Under the pieces are notes generated by a model. It saw only the letters and a program-made list of their open reading frames with translations, was not told the origin of the DNA and did no database searches. A DNA stretch of 64,000 bases from Okamejei kenojei. Taxonomy: Eukaryota. How positions within the stretch are numbered: position 1 is the stretch's first letter; each line of letters opens with the position of its first letter. The stretch covers positions 26,350,001-26,414,000 of the forward strand of contig CM069165.1 of assembly GCA_035221665.1 (NCBI GenBank), given 5' to 3'. Shown here piece by piece: positions 1-14,406 of the stretch. The translations under genes were made by a program, and so were the position numbers.

Positions 1-639
1 ACACCACAGCAAGCTAATCCTCCAATTCATTCACTTCTACCCAAATAGATATTTTACATTTCTTATTAGCCCAATATGCCAACAGAATGGGTTTGATGTT
101 AATTTAAAGAATGGATCTCGCCCTGGGAGCCATTCAATGGGACCAGCAATTTGTTAAAGTGCTCTTAATAAATGTGTGCCACGGACAAGATTAATGTTCC
201 TGATGGTTAATTTCATTGCTGCATCCTCTGGAGGACCCCCACCAGCGCAAAAGCCGGTCTTCAACTATTTTGATGCATTTCATATGATATCTAAAAATGT
301 CCAAGATACTAGATACAGCAGAGACTGTAAGTCTTCAGTGTTGAAGACTTGTACTCTAGAATCAGTTATCTCTAACCAAACTAATTCAGTACATAGTATT
401 TACTTGACAAATGTCCAGGCAAGTTCTGATATCGTCCAATATGATTAATTACCACGTCTATTTTCAATGATCAGCTGTGTGATGGGAAATGCCATCAACA
501 ATGTGAGCATGGGCTCACAAATAAGCTACTCCCTCATGCTCAGATTAACATTTTTCAAAACCAAGTGGCTCCAGATTGTATTAAGATTTTTGTTCGGCAA
601 AAAAACAGAGCCAATCAGACTGCCCTTGATATCAAGGCA

Positions 640-1680
640 CAAATCTGATGAATGAAATATTAGGAAATTATAGAATAGATGGCCCGTGGGAATTTCTGGC
701 AGAAGTCATACTTAGCACAAAGGAAGATGGATGTGACTGTTGGAGGCCAATCGTGTCAGCCCAGGCCAGTGTTGCATAAATTCCTCATTTCTCCACCTTC
801 TTCAGCTGGTTCAATGTCCTTATTTTCCATCACGGGACAGAGGTGGGGAGCTTTGCCAAAAATTCTATTCCAGCTCTTAAAATAACAGAGTTTTACTCAC
901 ATGCATCAAGCAGGATATATGGACTAATAAATGGCAAGTAACACTAATGCCACAACATGTCAAGCCATGACCATCTCCAGCACACAGTTCTGGGATTATC
1001 CCAATATTCGATGATAATCCATTATCATTGTGGGGATAACCACTGGCCAGAAACTAAACTGGACAGCCATAAAAAATACTGCAGCTATATGAGGTAACCT
1101 GTGTCATGTAATGATTCTCAAAGTTTCTCCATCTAAAAGGCACAAGTCTTACTATTTTCTCTAAGGCACAAATCTTTCCATTATCTCTAAGGTATGTCAT
1201 TTTATTATCTTCAGGGCACAAGTCTTTCATTATGTCTGTGATGAAATATTCGCCATCTTACCGGGACATGGGTGATGACAATATGTCCTCCGAAACAACC
1301 ACTTGATTGAACATCCCATCCACCATCTGAACTATTCATTCCCACATCCACTGTGTAGCGTGATTCCAATGTGTACCCGTTGCAAATTGCCTTATCATTA
1401 ATTGCCATGACTATTCCAACAGAGCCTCCCAAATATACCACTACTGGCCAAGGTAAAGGACAGCATAAGCATCAGAATACCATCATGATGCATGCTCCCC
1501 TCGAGAGAAAAGTAGTCTTAATTTGGGAATATATATGTGTTTTTGTAGTCTTTCCAGGAACTCACTGCTTAACATCATCGTGGGACTATTTTCACCAGAT
1601 GCACTGCCATTGTCCAAGATGCCATCTCACCTTTATCTTTTCAGGGGCAATTAGGGCTGGGAAAAAATGCTGGTACACAT
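640..1680 (+). mobile_element. Old, degenerate CR1-type LINE 3' fragment
   Basis: Translation WQKSYLAQRKMDVTVGGQSCQP resembles the CR1 RT segment before GVPQGS; many stops and indels; boundaries approximate. Confidence 0.55.
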
Positions 1681-1979
1681 AACATAAACTAGGGGAACAA
1701 CGCATTTTGCACATAGTAAATCATTCATATGACAAAATGCTGTTCCTGAACATTGTTCTCACTTTATAACAAAAACATATAAATAAATATAAAGAGCATA
1801 GATTGTTAAAGACTTCTTTCACATTCTACTGGCATGTTGTCTCATTTTAATGTGCACTTAATGTGGTCTTAATTTGAACTATCAAAAGGTGTGATAACTA
1901 CTATTTCTAAAAAAAAATACCAGTCCAGCTCTTGTAACGCAAGCTTGCAGAAATAAACGTGCTAGTTTTTGCAACCTAC

Positions 1980-2072
1980 CTGTGTACAAACAGTGTGCAA
2001 CCGCAGAGCCAGGTCAGCCATTTCCGGCAAAAGGGACTGCAGAAGATGCTGTGTTTCCACATCATTTAAATC
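1980..2072 (-). CDS. PARG: PARG coding exon, equivalent to human exon 8 (DLNDVETQHLLQSLLPEMADLALRLHTVCTQ)
   Basis: 93 bp, ttaag acceptor and gtagg donor, phase 0/0; aligns with human [31 protein letters not shown]. The gene continues beyond the left edge. Confidence 0.93.
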
Positions 2073-2520
2073 CTTAAAAAAAATAAAGTTTATCATTGTT
2101 GCAGTGTTGCAATACTGTGTGTACAGCATATAAATAAAACAAATGAACCATACAGATTAAACAGATATACAAAACAAATACCTACGGGATTTTTTTATTT
2201 AATATTTTATATACAAGCATATCACAGTTCATAATATTATGCAATAAACAGTTAGTAAAAATATTGCCTAGGCAATATCCTAATACTCCATAATTTAATT
2301 TATGTCTTAAATTAACTTGATTAAAAAAGTAACTATAATGTTAAAAAAAAGACAATCTTCCTTAAAACCCGGTGTCATAAAATTATCGGTGATGTCTATT
2401 AATGGCTTGCTTCAGTTTCAAATAACTTCAATGCAAGGATGAATTTTATTGGTCATTACTAAATGCTTGTGTTATATTTGTGAAATCAAAATTAAAAAGC
2501 AGGTTTGTGAAATCATAATT

Positions 2521-2887
2521 AGTAGTAGTAGGACCCCTCGGTCAAGACTGACCATGGGTGATGCATCCTAGTTTGCAGGTGATGTGTGGTCGGATGCAAG
2601 CCTGGGCGATGTCATATGGAGGACAGGCTGTTGCCCATGAAGCACGTCCCCCTGCTCCACGTCGCTGATCGATCCAAAGGAACAGCAGGGCTGTTACAGT
2701 TTGGCACCAGCGCGTCGCAGGAGCTGCCAGAACGAGGTTGTAGACAACGGCGAACTGATTTTCTTGAGGTTTACTCAAGGAGCCTTTTCCATGACTGGAT
2801 ATGGCCACAAGGCAGTGGAGGTTTTAAATCAGCGTTTTCCCTCTCCTAGATGGACTGCCTTCCCAGGCTGATGAGCCCCATCTACCC
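2521..2887 (-). mobile_element. Non-autonomous RTE/Expander-type retroposon with (TAC)n tail
   Basis: Minus strand starts GGGTAGATGGGGCTC...CTAGGAGAGGGAAAAC (RTE 5'UTR-like) and ends ...GACCGAGGGGTCC-TACTACTACT; imperfect cataat(t)agt duplication at the flanks. Confidence 0.65.
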
Positions 2888-3241
2888 ATAATAGTGCTTA
2901 TAAAATCCATTAGATTGGATTCTGCAGCAATAATAATAGCAAAGCTTTCAGTACTGGATATTATTACAAGGTACAAGTGACAGTAGTGTCTGGTGTTCAT
3001 ACATCAAGATCCAGAAGTTGGTTTAAAGGATGTGGTTTCCAGTTTTTGTTAGACTCTCTTACTAGCATTGAGTTTTATTAAATGTTTCTCCTCCTGGTAT
3101 AGGATACTACTTATGTTTTATCAGTTGAAATATTGCACAAAGTGTTGGCCAGTTACAAACTGGTTAATCCATCTTAGATTATAGTAAAACACTTAGCTCT
3201 GAATATGGACCCAAAATTTCCAGCTTCTAGGTAATGCATGC

Positions 3242-3267
3242 GGGGGGGGGGGGGGGGGGGGGGGGGG
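3242..3267. repeat. G26 homopolymer
   Basis: Read directly. Confidence 0.95.
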
Positions 3268-6200
3268 TTCAAACCAAGGTTAGTGAGCCAACAGTTAATG
3301 TACTTTCAGCATGGAGGAATTAATTACACAATCCAGCCTGTAATACTTAAAATCCCAAGTACCAAAATAACTCATCACAACCTTAGTGCAGGCCTTCAAA
3401 TATGATCCAGCCACAAATAATATAAGGAATGGAATTACATCAAATGGAAGTAAAAAACCAAGAGATGGAACAATATAGGAATAAAGATTTGGAGTTGGAT
3501 AGACAGCAGAGCTTTATTTCTATGGAATAAATGAAGAAGATGCTAATTTATCCCTTCTAAACTATCTAAACACTGCATCCACCTGCACTGTGGGAAGAAC
3601 AAGACTTAAGGCCCAATGGTAGTGCACTGATCTTGCACTCTGCTGCAGGGCAGTGTACATCAAGTATTGAGCTGGAGGGCTGATATACTTCATATTCATG
3701 TCCCTATTTATGCAAACATAGTTTGTGCATCCAGTGTGGCCTCATTGTGTTGAATGTAGTTTTAATCTGCTTTCGAATTTAAAATAATTTTAAATATGTG
3801 TCAGCATGAGGTACTTCAATAAAAACATAATAAAGCAAATTAAATACAAAAACTAATCACTTACTTTTTTCCCCCAGAGATGATACCTCTTGACAAATGT
3901 GTCTGCACCATGTTTAACTTGCCACAGACTCAGCAGCAGAGATTCCCCAGCCTGAGCGCTTTGAAACCAAGGGAAGGCAATGCGGCCTCCTGGAGAAATC
4001 TGGGCGAGTCCCAACATTAACACTGATGTCGAGGTAGCTATACAGCTGGCAGTGTAGGCATTTGTTTCAATGCTATTATCCTCCCCTGTGATTTCAGTCG
4101 ATACCATGTCATTTTTTTAGTTATTAGTATCTGACAATCTTAAATCAAGGAAATGAAGGTCCGCACTTACGCAACTTTACAACCATGACATTTGGTATTA
4201 GCTATACTGTTTAAGTACTGACAACTCCTGAGAAATACTGGAGGAGAAAAGACAATCAGCCTTCAGAGTGTGACCAAAAGATTGCAGCTTTTTATTGTGC
4301 GATTGATTTCTAACACCTGTCAGTAGCTTCCATACAGTACACAATTCTATCATTCAAAATAATCAATTATCCTTTGGGTACTAACATTTTCCACTTTTCA
4401 ATGTGGAATAAAGGAAACAGCAACAGACTCATAAATAGGATCGTGTAGTTGAAGTTCCGTCAGGCAGGATGGCCATTTCTAGGGGCAATGAACAAAAGAC
4501 TGTATTCCCGAAGATGCTCCACATAATTGACATATCTGCCTCAGTGTTGTGTAGATACTGTAGATTGTTTTAACATGGTTAACAGGGTAATTAAACCGGA
4601 AGGAAAATCGTGGAGTTATAAGAAAATTCTTGCCAACAGTACCGGGTTACGATCGGAAATAAGAGTGGCCAACTCTGCATTAAATCTGAACCAAATGCAT
4701 TCAGAATCCTGACCTGCGCAAGTATTGATTTACGGAGATATTGGCTGGAACATGTCAGCACAATCAATCACTCAGTAATTTTATCACGGCTGTTTTTCAG
4801 GATGCTGATTAAATGGAGGCAATGCAAATGGCTTGATTTAGGTGGAGGTTGGCAACTTCCTGGGCAGACAGCCTTGACTAGCAATTTAGGAAAGTGAACA
4901 TTTATATTGCTAAAAAGAGGCTTGACTAAATACTGTCATAACTAATGACTGCTTGTCACTGTAAAACTGTTCTAGTGTGGGTAATGAATGAGTACCCCTG
5001 ACGGGACGAGATGAGAAGGCGCTGAGGCAGCATGCCTAGCAGGTTTAAATCAAGACTTGACAATGCATCAAATGAAGAAAACCAAGATATGTCACATGAC
5101 CGTAGGCATTTCCATACATCACAATGGAGAAGCAGTAATCAAGTAAAAAGGCAGGTTTAATGCCCCTGTGTACATAAAGGTGGAGATTTACAGTATTGTA
5201 TTTATCCATGCCAATAACCTGACTTGGTTGATTTACTTTGACAGACCTTGACAATAGGATGAATGAACTCTTTGAATGGCTACGTTCTAAACATTTCAAG
5301 TCAAATTTGTAATCAGGCATGCGCCAAGTAAATGGTATTTCAAAGAACCAAGTCGACTGAAAATAAACATATCCATCAGGCTTTGACTTTGTTATCTTGT
5401 GGACGGTAAATCTACATCTGCATTTCAGCTGAACCACGTCTTTCCTTTTGCTCAGGAGCAAGAATGACAAGCGTATTTTTTAAGAAGTTATTATTCATCC
5501 TTCTCTGCTGAGAGCCAAAAGCATCAGTAAATAGACAGCATTCCTTTGTTACAAGTCCCCAGACTGTTTAATACTTCAATGTCATCAAAATTGAGACTGC
5601 CGCTAGACTTTCTACTCTCAAAGGTTAAGATGCATTTTTAGAGAAAAATGCAATTTATTGATTGTAAGTTACATTTGGAAACACGTGGTTACTGCTTTAA
5701 GGAATGCAACAACCATTAGTGATTGTCATTACGCTGAGTGCTTTGTCCAACACAAATTTATTTTTTGACATGGACCAATTTGGTGCAAATTCCCAAGAAT
5801 TTTGTCTGTTATGTCCATAGCATTTAGAACTGGTAGGTTCACATCAAGCAAGATTGGTACATGTGGCACTTTATTTTAGCAGCATCACAGAAAATAAAAA
5901 TCTGGTTTATGAACAATACATTGTGCATTAAATTTTGCTTATCATGTGGTAAAGTGAAGAGCACCTAAAAGTGATTTTTGTTGAACGACAAGGTGACAAT
6001 AATGGGAAGATTTCCTCTACACACTCAGGTTATCAAAATCATAATCTTGCATTCCACTTCATAGCGCTGAGAGTTCAATAAAAATAATTTGCCACCGTTC
6101 AATGTTACTACCGATGAATGCAAAAGTCATTTTGTCAAAGCTATGAAAAGTTTGGTAGCAGAACACAACCTTCCTTGGTAAAGTAAATCACGTAAAAATA

Positions 6201-6494
6201 GTGGAGAACCAAATATACAGTGGGATATGAAAAAACGAACAGCTGAAATTAGTCCTGAACCCTCACAGAAAGGTAGTGAAGACACAAGATATTGCAGTTA
6301 CTGGAATCTTGAGAAAATCACAAAGGTCTGGAGGAATTCAGAGGATCAGGCAGCACTTGTGGAGGGAATTGACAGACGACGCTTTGGGTCGGTACAATTC
6401 ATCAGACTTCAGTTTCATTGCTAATTTTTCGCAATTTCCATCCTGCCATCTCTTTATTTTCTGGATCTGTGTCTCTATCTCAGGAGATAAGGTA

Positions 6495-7260
6495 AAGAAG
6501 GGTCTCGGCCCAAAACGTCACCCATTCCTTCTCTCCAGAGATGCTGCCTAACCCGCTGTGTTACTCCAGCATTTTGTGTCAACCTTCAAAGGTGACCACA
6601 AACATCTATTACAAGTCTATTGACTCCAGATATCTTGACCACCCTTCCTCCTGAAAAGACTCTGTTCCATTCTCCCAGTTCCTCGTCTCTGACCTATTTT
6701 CTCCAATGAGAAGACTTTCCATCGAGGGTGTCCCCCGAAATGTTTTTCATTCTGGAGCACAGCTTCCCTGCTACCACTGTTAAGAAAGACCTTGACAGCC
6801 CACTTGTATCTCACGCCTTTGCTCTCGTCCATTCTCCTCCGGGAAGGAACAAGGATAGAGCTCTCTTGATCTTCACCTTCCCCCACACCAGCCTCTGCAG
6901 TCAAAAGATCCATCACCTTCAAAGGCATTTGATTAACTGTCATACCAGAAACGTCAGCCATTCCGTCTCTCCTAAGATGCTGCCTGTCCTGCTGAGTTAC
7001 TACAGCATTTGTACCCATCTTCGGTTTAAACTAGGATCTGCAGTTCCTGCCTACACATATATTTTTTTCCAATCTCCTTTCAGCATTTAGTAGGGACCAC
7101 TCCCTTCAAAGACACATTGGTCCACTCTTCCATTCCACCAACCATCTCAAAAATATTGCACATAAGGAGTCTGGAGAAGGGACCCGACCTAAAACATGAC
7201 CTATCTATGATCTCCACACATGTTGCATGACCTGCTGAGTTATTCCAACATTTTATGTCT
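6495..7260 (+). mobile_element. Cluster of degenerate Penelope-like fragments and tails
   Basis: RNKDRALLIFTFPHTSL matches the linker of the Penelope copy at 23040; three copies of the gatgctgcc..gctgagttactccagca tail. Confidence 0.6.
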
Positions 7261-10200
7261 TTTGTTCTGTAAACTTGTTTCTACACATTTCTACCAACAC
7301 TGCCAATCCTGATCAAGAAAGCCACCATTTTTTGTTCTAGTTTGCGCCACATTAACTAATATTAACCCAGGAAACAGTATGAGATTCTGCAATTAATATC
7401 CAGGTGAAATGAGAATAGTGGGAAAAAAGTGGCTGGTCTTAAAATATATATATATTTTTTCGAGATTTAGAAAAAGAGTTTTTAATGTATAGGACACGGC
7501 AATTAAAGAATAGGTCCAAAAGTATGGCAAGGAAAAATCGGATGTACAAGAGAACTAAAGCAAAGTGTTGCAGAATACTGCCAGGATGGAGACGGTCACA
7601 ATGGTCTTTAATTTTCACCGATTAAAAACCTAGTAGGGAGCCACTGGGGAGAGGAGAGAATATTTCTGTTTTTCAACGATAAATATTTTCAGAATGGCCT
7701 TTATTACCTACTGGTACGAGGGAAATGTAAAATTAGATGTCTTCATTAATTAACAGATCTTTAAAGGTAGACATCATCTATGATACAATATAGTGTTTTA
7801 TAGTTGTCATTTAGCCGAACTGTCAATCTCACCACCACTCAAACCTCCTTCACCTCCAGGCTCAACCCCGACAGGGTCAGCAGGAAATAATTAACTGAAT
7901 CTTTTCGTCTTTATTTACTTGCAAGGTAATAAACTCAATTGTATTAATGTGATGTGAGACATCCACAAATGTCACCATGCTCCTCAATTACTCTGTTTTC
8001 TGATTAGAAGTAAGAAGATTGTAAAATAATTCTGCACAAAAGTGCATCTATGATTTCTACATTTAATTAGAGCACCAAATTATGCAGCTTCCATTCCACT
8101 CCATAAAAAGGTTGTGTTTTCCCCCCCTTACAAAAACTCAACTCGAGACTTAATTTCAAAAGAAAATTGTCAAACATGACAAGAGGCACTAATTAAATCA
8201 TCCCATTAAAATACTGACATAGTGATCCCAATTATATTTGATATTTACTGTTTGCAAACATCTTGTTCGAATACAAAGAAAATATGTATAATTAATTCAG
8301 GATCATGTGTTTTTTAAATGCACTTTTGTTTTCTTCCCAAATGCAAATTTAAATCAATTTATGTATCAAGTTTCATAGAAATGAAAAGATATTCTAAGTC
8401 AACATTATTTTTTTAATTTATCATTCATTTCAGGATTATTGGTGTTAGTCATCAGGTAGAGCACAATCCTTTTGTTTTAAATTCCAATTGGACACTGTCA
8501 AGTAAACTTACTGTAAAACGCATTACTAAAGCATAATGTTAAACATTTTGGTTGGGATTAAGAAACAACTGAGATACCAAGTGCTTTGTCTTTCACATTT
8601 TTCAGCTCACGCAGGGGTTGGTACTGAGAGCATTTGCTGATGACACAGAGAGATATATGGCCAAGGGTTGAATGCAAGGGGACTTGATACTATTCAGAGA
8701 CACAGAAAATGATTAAGTGAATGAGCCAAGAGGAAATGGACACAATTTAATTTAAGTAAATGCGCAGGAAGGTAAATCCAAGGTTCTGATTTAATGACAA
8801 GAATTATTGCTGGTGCATGAAGAAAGTAGGATGTTGTGGGAGTTGGAGGAAAACAGTGGAAAGAAATGTATTATTTACATTGACACAGGAATAGAAAAGT
8901 ACAGCACAGGAACAGTCCCTTAAGTTCACAAAGACACAAAATGCTGGAGTATCTCAGCAGGACAGACAGCATCTCTGGATAGAAGGAATGGGCGATGTTT
9001 CGGGTCGAGATCCTTCTTCAGACCACAATGTCTGTGCCAAACATTACACCAGGTTAAACTGATCTCCTCTGCCTGCATTGATCGACACCCTTCCATTCCC
9101 TGCATGTCCACGTGACTATCTAAAAGCCTCTTCAATTCCACTGTTATATCTGCCACCACCACTGGCATTGTGTTCCAGGCAGTCACCGTTCCGTGCGAAA
9201 ACAACTTGCTCTACATAAACCTCCAATAGGCAACTCATTTACAAATAGATTACTTCATATTTTCAGAAGATCGCCTGAAATAGCAATGAATGGGTCATCC
9301 ATTGGATGGAAAGCGTAAAGCACTCAAAAAGGAACTGCATTTACTTCACACCTTAACACATCCTGGCAAATCAGATAAAGTAAATGAAATATAATGCAAG
9401 AAATTGTAAAATTGTCCATTTTGGCAGGAAAAATAAAATGCAAATTATCTAAATGATGAGAAACAGCGGAGCATAATTGACGACGATTGGAAGCAATTCA
9501 AAGAAAGTTTAGTAGATTAATTGAATGTGTGGATTGCTTTAAAAGCAAAAGTTGAACAGGCTAGGCTTGTAACCAATGGAGCTTAGAGCAGCCTGAACTG
9601 AACATACTGATCCTGAGGGTTCTTGACGGGATGCATATGGAGATATTTCCCCTCGTGTGAGAATCTAGGTTGGGGAAACATCTCCTCAACAATCCTGCCA
9701 AGAACTCTCAGTTATGTTTCTGTCCAAAACCAAAACTGGCCTGTCCAAAATGTACCTGTCAGACAGGGATAATGATTTAAAGGCAGGGATAATGATTTTT
9801 TTTAAATCTCTCTCGAGGATCATGAGCATTTTGAACTCTGTTGATCAAGGGTCAGTGGAAGCAGAGTCCATATAGGGGGAAGTTTTCCACTTGGATCCAA
9901 TCAACATCAATTTTACCGGGACTTCTTAATGCCAGACTTGGTCAAATGCTGCCTTGTGGCAATAATGTTCACCTCATCTGTAGCTGGCAAAGCACTCTAT
10001 TCGTGCATTTGTACAAGGGTACTAACACGCTTCCTGGTTGTAAATTCTTTATTTCTAAGAAACTGTGGCCATAGGAGTCTATTTGCAAAAACAATTACAA
10101 GTATCAGTTAAAATGTCTAGAAAAATACATAGGCTGCAAAACAACTTACTACATTCCGCTTCATACCACTCATATTTAATTCCATGCACATCAAGCTATG

Positions 10201-11574
10201 TTTCATTAATTGGGCACCATGGGTCTGAATCTCTTTAAATCTATACTCAAACTGCGCTCTTTAAGCTCTTTCGTTTTTGCATGGACTTTGCAAAACATTG
10301 TGTTCTAATTGAGTTAGATTTTGTCAAGGAACTAAACTCCATTTTGCTTTTGACCCCAATAATACAATTGGGAACAAGTCAGACACCTCCTTCCCCCACC
10401 ACCATCAGTCTGAAGAAGAGTCTTGACCCAAAATGCCTCTTATCCACGTGCTCCCGAGATGCTGCCTGACCTGCTGAGTTACTCCAGCACTTTGTGTCTA
10501 TTTTGTAAACCAGTTTCTTGCACCCATGTTTTTGTTTAGTTTGTGCTGCTGAAGATTGAAAGTTTTCTATTTTAGCTTTCTCTTATTTGATCATCCACAA
10601 GGTCCTTTTACTGCAAAGATCTGGTTTAGATGAAGCAGTTTTTAAATGACTAAGTGTCTCTGATAGTGGTTTAGCCAGCAAATCCAAGTCAAAATCTGTG
10701 ACTCTTCAATGTCAAACAAAAGGTCATCATAATTGAATCTGGCAAGATTTTCCCCTGTACGTTGCATTTAGTTCCCAAACAAATTTATTGTTAATATGAA
10801 AATAGGATGCTTGCAGTTTGTCTCAAGACATACATGAACATTTTTTAATATTTTACAGATGGAATTAGGCACAGAACCTATATATATCGTCATAGTCATT
10901 GTACGATGACTCAAAAGCTAATCAAATTTCCATGGAAATCCTTTATTCAATTTCCATTGATAAGAAAAGGTTTTAAGCTATTAGCTTTCACTTATTTGAT
11001 TATCCATAAGGTCCTTTTACTGTAAAGATCTGGTTTCGGCTAAGCAGTTTTTAAATAAGTAGAATTTATACTTAAGTGTCTCTGAGAGCAGATCAACTAT
11101 CAAGTCCAAATCAGAATTAATGACTTTCAATGTCAAGCATTTATGCATTTTGCCAACAGCCGAAACAGAACTGAAACTGTAAGATTACTATATTAGTAAT
11201 CTTACAAGGTTTAGTAGATTAATTGAACGTGTGGATTGTCTTAAAAGCAAAAGTTGAACAGTCTAGGCTTGTAACCAATGGAGCTGAGAGCAGCCTGAAC
11301 TGAACATACTGATCCTGAGGGTTCTTGAGGGCATGCATATGGCGATATTTCCCCTTGTGTGAGAATCTAGAGTTGCAGCTTCTTCATTTGAATGAAACTA
11401 TTACAGGAAAACGTCTTAAAATTCTTCACTATGAATTACCACTGAAGAGTGCTAATATTTACATTAAATGTGGCAGTGATTGCAGCAACTGACAAAAAAA
11501 AAAGTTTGGGGCTGGGGGAATGTTAAAATTCTCAGCATCACTCACCCATCCTCCCCTTCAGATGTAGAATATAG

Positions 11575-12390
11575 AACAGTATTGCACAACAGGCCCTTCA
11601 GCCCACAATGTCTGTGCTGACCATAATGCCAAGAACACCTTTTATCAGACTGCACATAATCCATACCTCTTAATTCCATATGCTATCCACAGTCTCTTAA
11701 ATGCCACTATTATATCTGCTTCGACCACCACCCGCCAACACTGTTTCAGGTGCACACCAACCACCCTTTGTGTAAAAAACCTGCCCCACACAGCTCCTTT
11801 AAACATTGCCTCTCTCACCTTAAAGTTATGCCCTCTGGTACTGATTTTTCCATCCTGGGAAAATAGGATCTGACTGTCTGTCTGATCAACATTGAACCTC
11901 CTCCGCACACTTTCCAAAGCCTCCGCATCCATCTTGTAATGGGTGAACAACACTGCACACAATACTCTAAACGTGGCCTCACCAAGGTCCAATAAAGCAG
12001 CACCACGATTTGCTGGCTCTCATACTTAATAACCTGACCTATGAAAGTAAGCATAACATATGCCGACTACCAATCTATCGACTTGTGTTGCCACTTTCAA
12101 GGAGTTATGGACCTCTAGATCCCTCTGTACATGCCATTAATTAGCTATATTCCCCTTACATTTGACCTCTCAATGTGCATCAGTTGCTCGGATTAAATGC
12201 CATCTGCCATTTCTCCGCCTATTTTTGTAGCTGATCTATTTCCCCACTGTATCCTTTGGCAGCCTTCTTCACCATTCGTAATCCCAGTAATCTTGGCATC
12301 ATCTGCAAACCTACTAACCAACCCATCTACGTTAAGTTCAAGTCATTTATATATATCAAAAACAGCAAATGTCCCAAAACCTCCTAAAAT
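11575..12390 (-). mobile_element. CR1/HER1 LINE 3' fragment
   Basis: Minus-strand LYWTLVRPRLEYCVQ and TRGHNFKV..FFTQRVV motifs of the CR1 ORF2 C-terminus; KFADD region near 12300. Confidence 0.85.
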
Positions 12391-12892
12391 TCTATTCTTT
12401 CCTATACAAACTGCACTCCACATACCGATTAATCTGTCCTATGCTAAAAAAATTACAAATCAATAATAATATTAAAGAAGGAACGTAGTCACAAAACTGA
12501 TGTAGATTTTAGAATATTGTATCAGGACTTTTAACGTAGACAGATCATTTAAAATTCATATGAGCATAACTTCCCTTTGAAGTCACTACAGTAACTAAGC
12601 AAATGTGCTCAGAAACTTCAAGGTTTGAAAAATACCTCAGATTTTTCGATCAGGCCAAAAATCTACAAAACCAAGTCTAATATGAAACCTGTAGTTATGG
12701 GAAATATATTATTCAATTGGTGGTAATGGCATTGCATATTCATTACTGATGATTTGATGCATGTTTATGTTCTAATCATTCTAATGCACTTTTAAATGCA
12801 ATTAATCAATTATGTAAATATCAGTAATATGGGCAACTATACTACTGAGATAATTCAAGGACAAAGGGACAAAAAAAAGCAAAATGACCGAG

Positions 12893-12910
12893 CAGTGCCA
12901 TCTGTTGGCA
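12893..12910. promoter_or_regulatory. Candidate CTCF site
   Basis: cagtgccatctgttggca resembles the CTCF core (TGCCATCTAGTGG-type); motif match only. Confidence 0.35.
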
Positions 12911-13739
12911 GGAACACACTAGAACAGGAACAGAATTTGAAATGGAGATCGGTCAACCGACAAAAGTCCTGATGCAACATCCTAAAATCAACATCAATTA
13001 CGTTCCTTCCCCAATAATAATATTATTGATTTGTAATTATTTGTCTTTTAGCATTGGACAGAGAGGAATTGTATGTGGAGTGCAGTTTGTACAAAGAATA
13101 GAATTTTAGGAAATTCTCGGACTTTGGCTGTTTTGACAATATTCAACGGAGCAGAATTATTTCTTTCCTCACTAGAGGGCACAAGACCCAAACCAAAGTA
13201 TGAAACTTCACGAGCACCACCAAACCCAATCCCTACTTTAAATTACCTTCATTTTAAACAGATTTCTGGTACAAAATTCAACATGGCAAATTTTCCTTGA
13301 AAGGGACAAATGCCAAATAGAGATGCAGCATGCACATAGTGCGGTGTGCTCAGTCATTTAACCACAAACCGGAGTGGCAGCAACCCCCAGCCTTTACCTT
13401 GTGGAACTACTTCAGAGAGAATGTACATACCACCAGAGTGTGTGGCCCCAAGATTTGAAGTGTGCTACGTAAATAAAAACGCAATAAATGTATTCCTTTG
13501 AATATTTTTGATCCATGATATTTTTAAGGCAGAGATAGATAGATTCTAGATTACTAGTGTCAGAGGTTTTTTGGCAGAAGGCAGGAGAAATGTGTTAAGA
13601 GGGAGAGGTAGATCAGCCATGATTGAATGGCGGAGTAGACTTGATGGGCTGAAAGGCCTAATTCTGCTATTACTTATGACCTTAAATGCATACAATTAAC
13701 AGCATTTTTTTCCGTGAATTGTACCGGCTGATTGTTCAA

Positions 13740-14406
13740 TTTCAAATTTATTGCCACTTAACCAATTAAGGTACAGTGACATTTGAGTTTACAACCATAC
13801 TAATGGAAAAGAACAATACAAACATAAAATAAAATGTAACATAAACATCCTCCACAGCAGAATCAACATTCCTCAGTCAATAAAGTTCAGTCATCTTCCT
13901 CCTTGGTTCACCAGGTCGGGGCCTTTGAACCCTCCGCAGTTCGCCGCTACAGACAGTCCAATGTTCAGGCCCTCTCGTCGGGATGATCGAAACTCTGACG
14001 TCCGGATGGATCGGAACCCTCTGCGGCATGGAGTTCACAAGTCGGCCGCTTCTTACCAGAGACCTTCACGGTGCTAAAAGTCCACAGGCCCTGCGGTCGG
14101 AGCACACCTTCTGGCGATCCTCGGCAAAGGATCCCAGCTACCGCGATGTTAAAGTCCGTTTGAAGATCCAGGCTGGTCTCCAGGAAAGGCCGCACCACTC
14201 CAGTTGTTAGACACTGAGAAAGTCGTATCTCCGTCGAGGCAAGTGACTGAAAAAAGTTTACCCCTATTCTCCCCCCCCCCCCACACCCACATAAACTAAC
14301 CAAGAAACATTGAAACAGACATTTAAAACACACTTAAAATAATAAAAACAGAGAAGGGACGTGACAGACTGCTAGAGAGACAGTCATTGCTGTCGCCACC
14401 CGGTGG
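13740..14406 (-). mobile_element. Unclassified non-coding retroposon, CpG-rich body
   Basis: Its 3' tail (..cactgtaccttaattggt..gtggcaataaa..ttgaa) recurs on the plus strand at 43375-43490; no credible ORF. Confidence 0.55.

Noticed and set aside
2761-2887. HDV-like ribozyme at the 5' end of the RTE-type element
   Set aside because: Only partial P1 and P3 pairing and no C-N-A-A junction followed by a P2 strand in this copy.
3853-4107. 84-aa minus-strand ORF and a strong plus-strand acceptor at 3877
   Set aside because: No recognisable protein, no partner exons, and it does not fit the PARG exon series.
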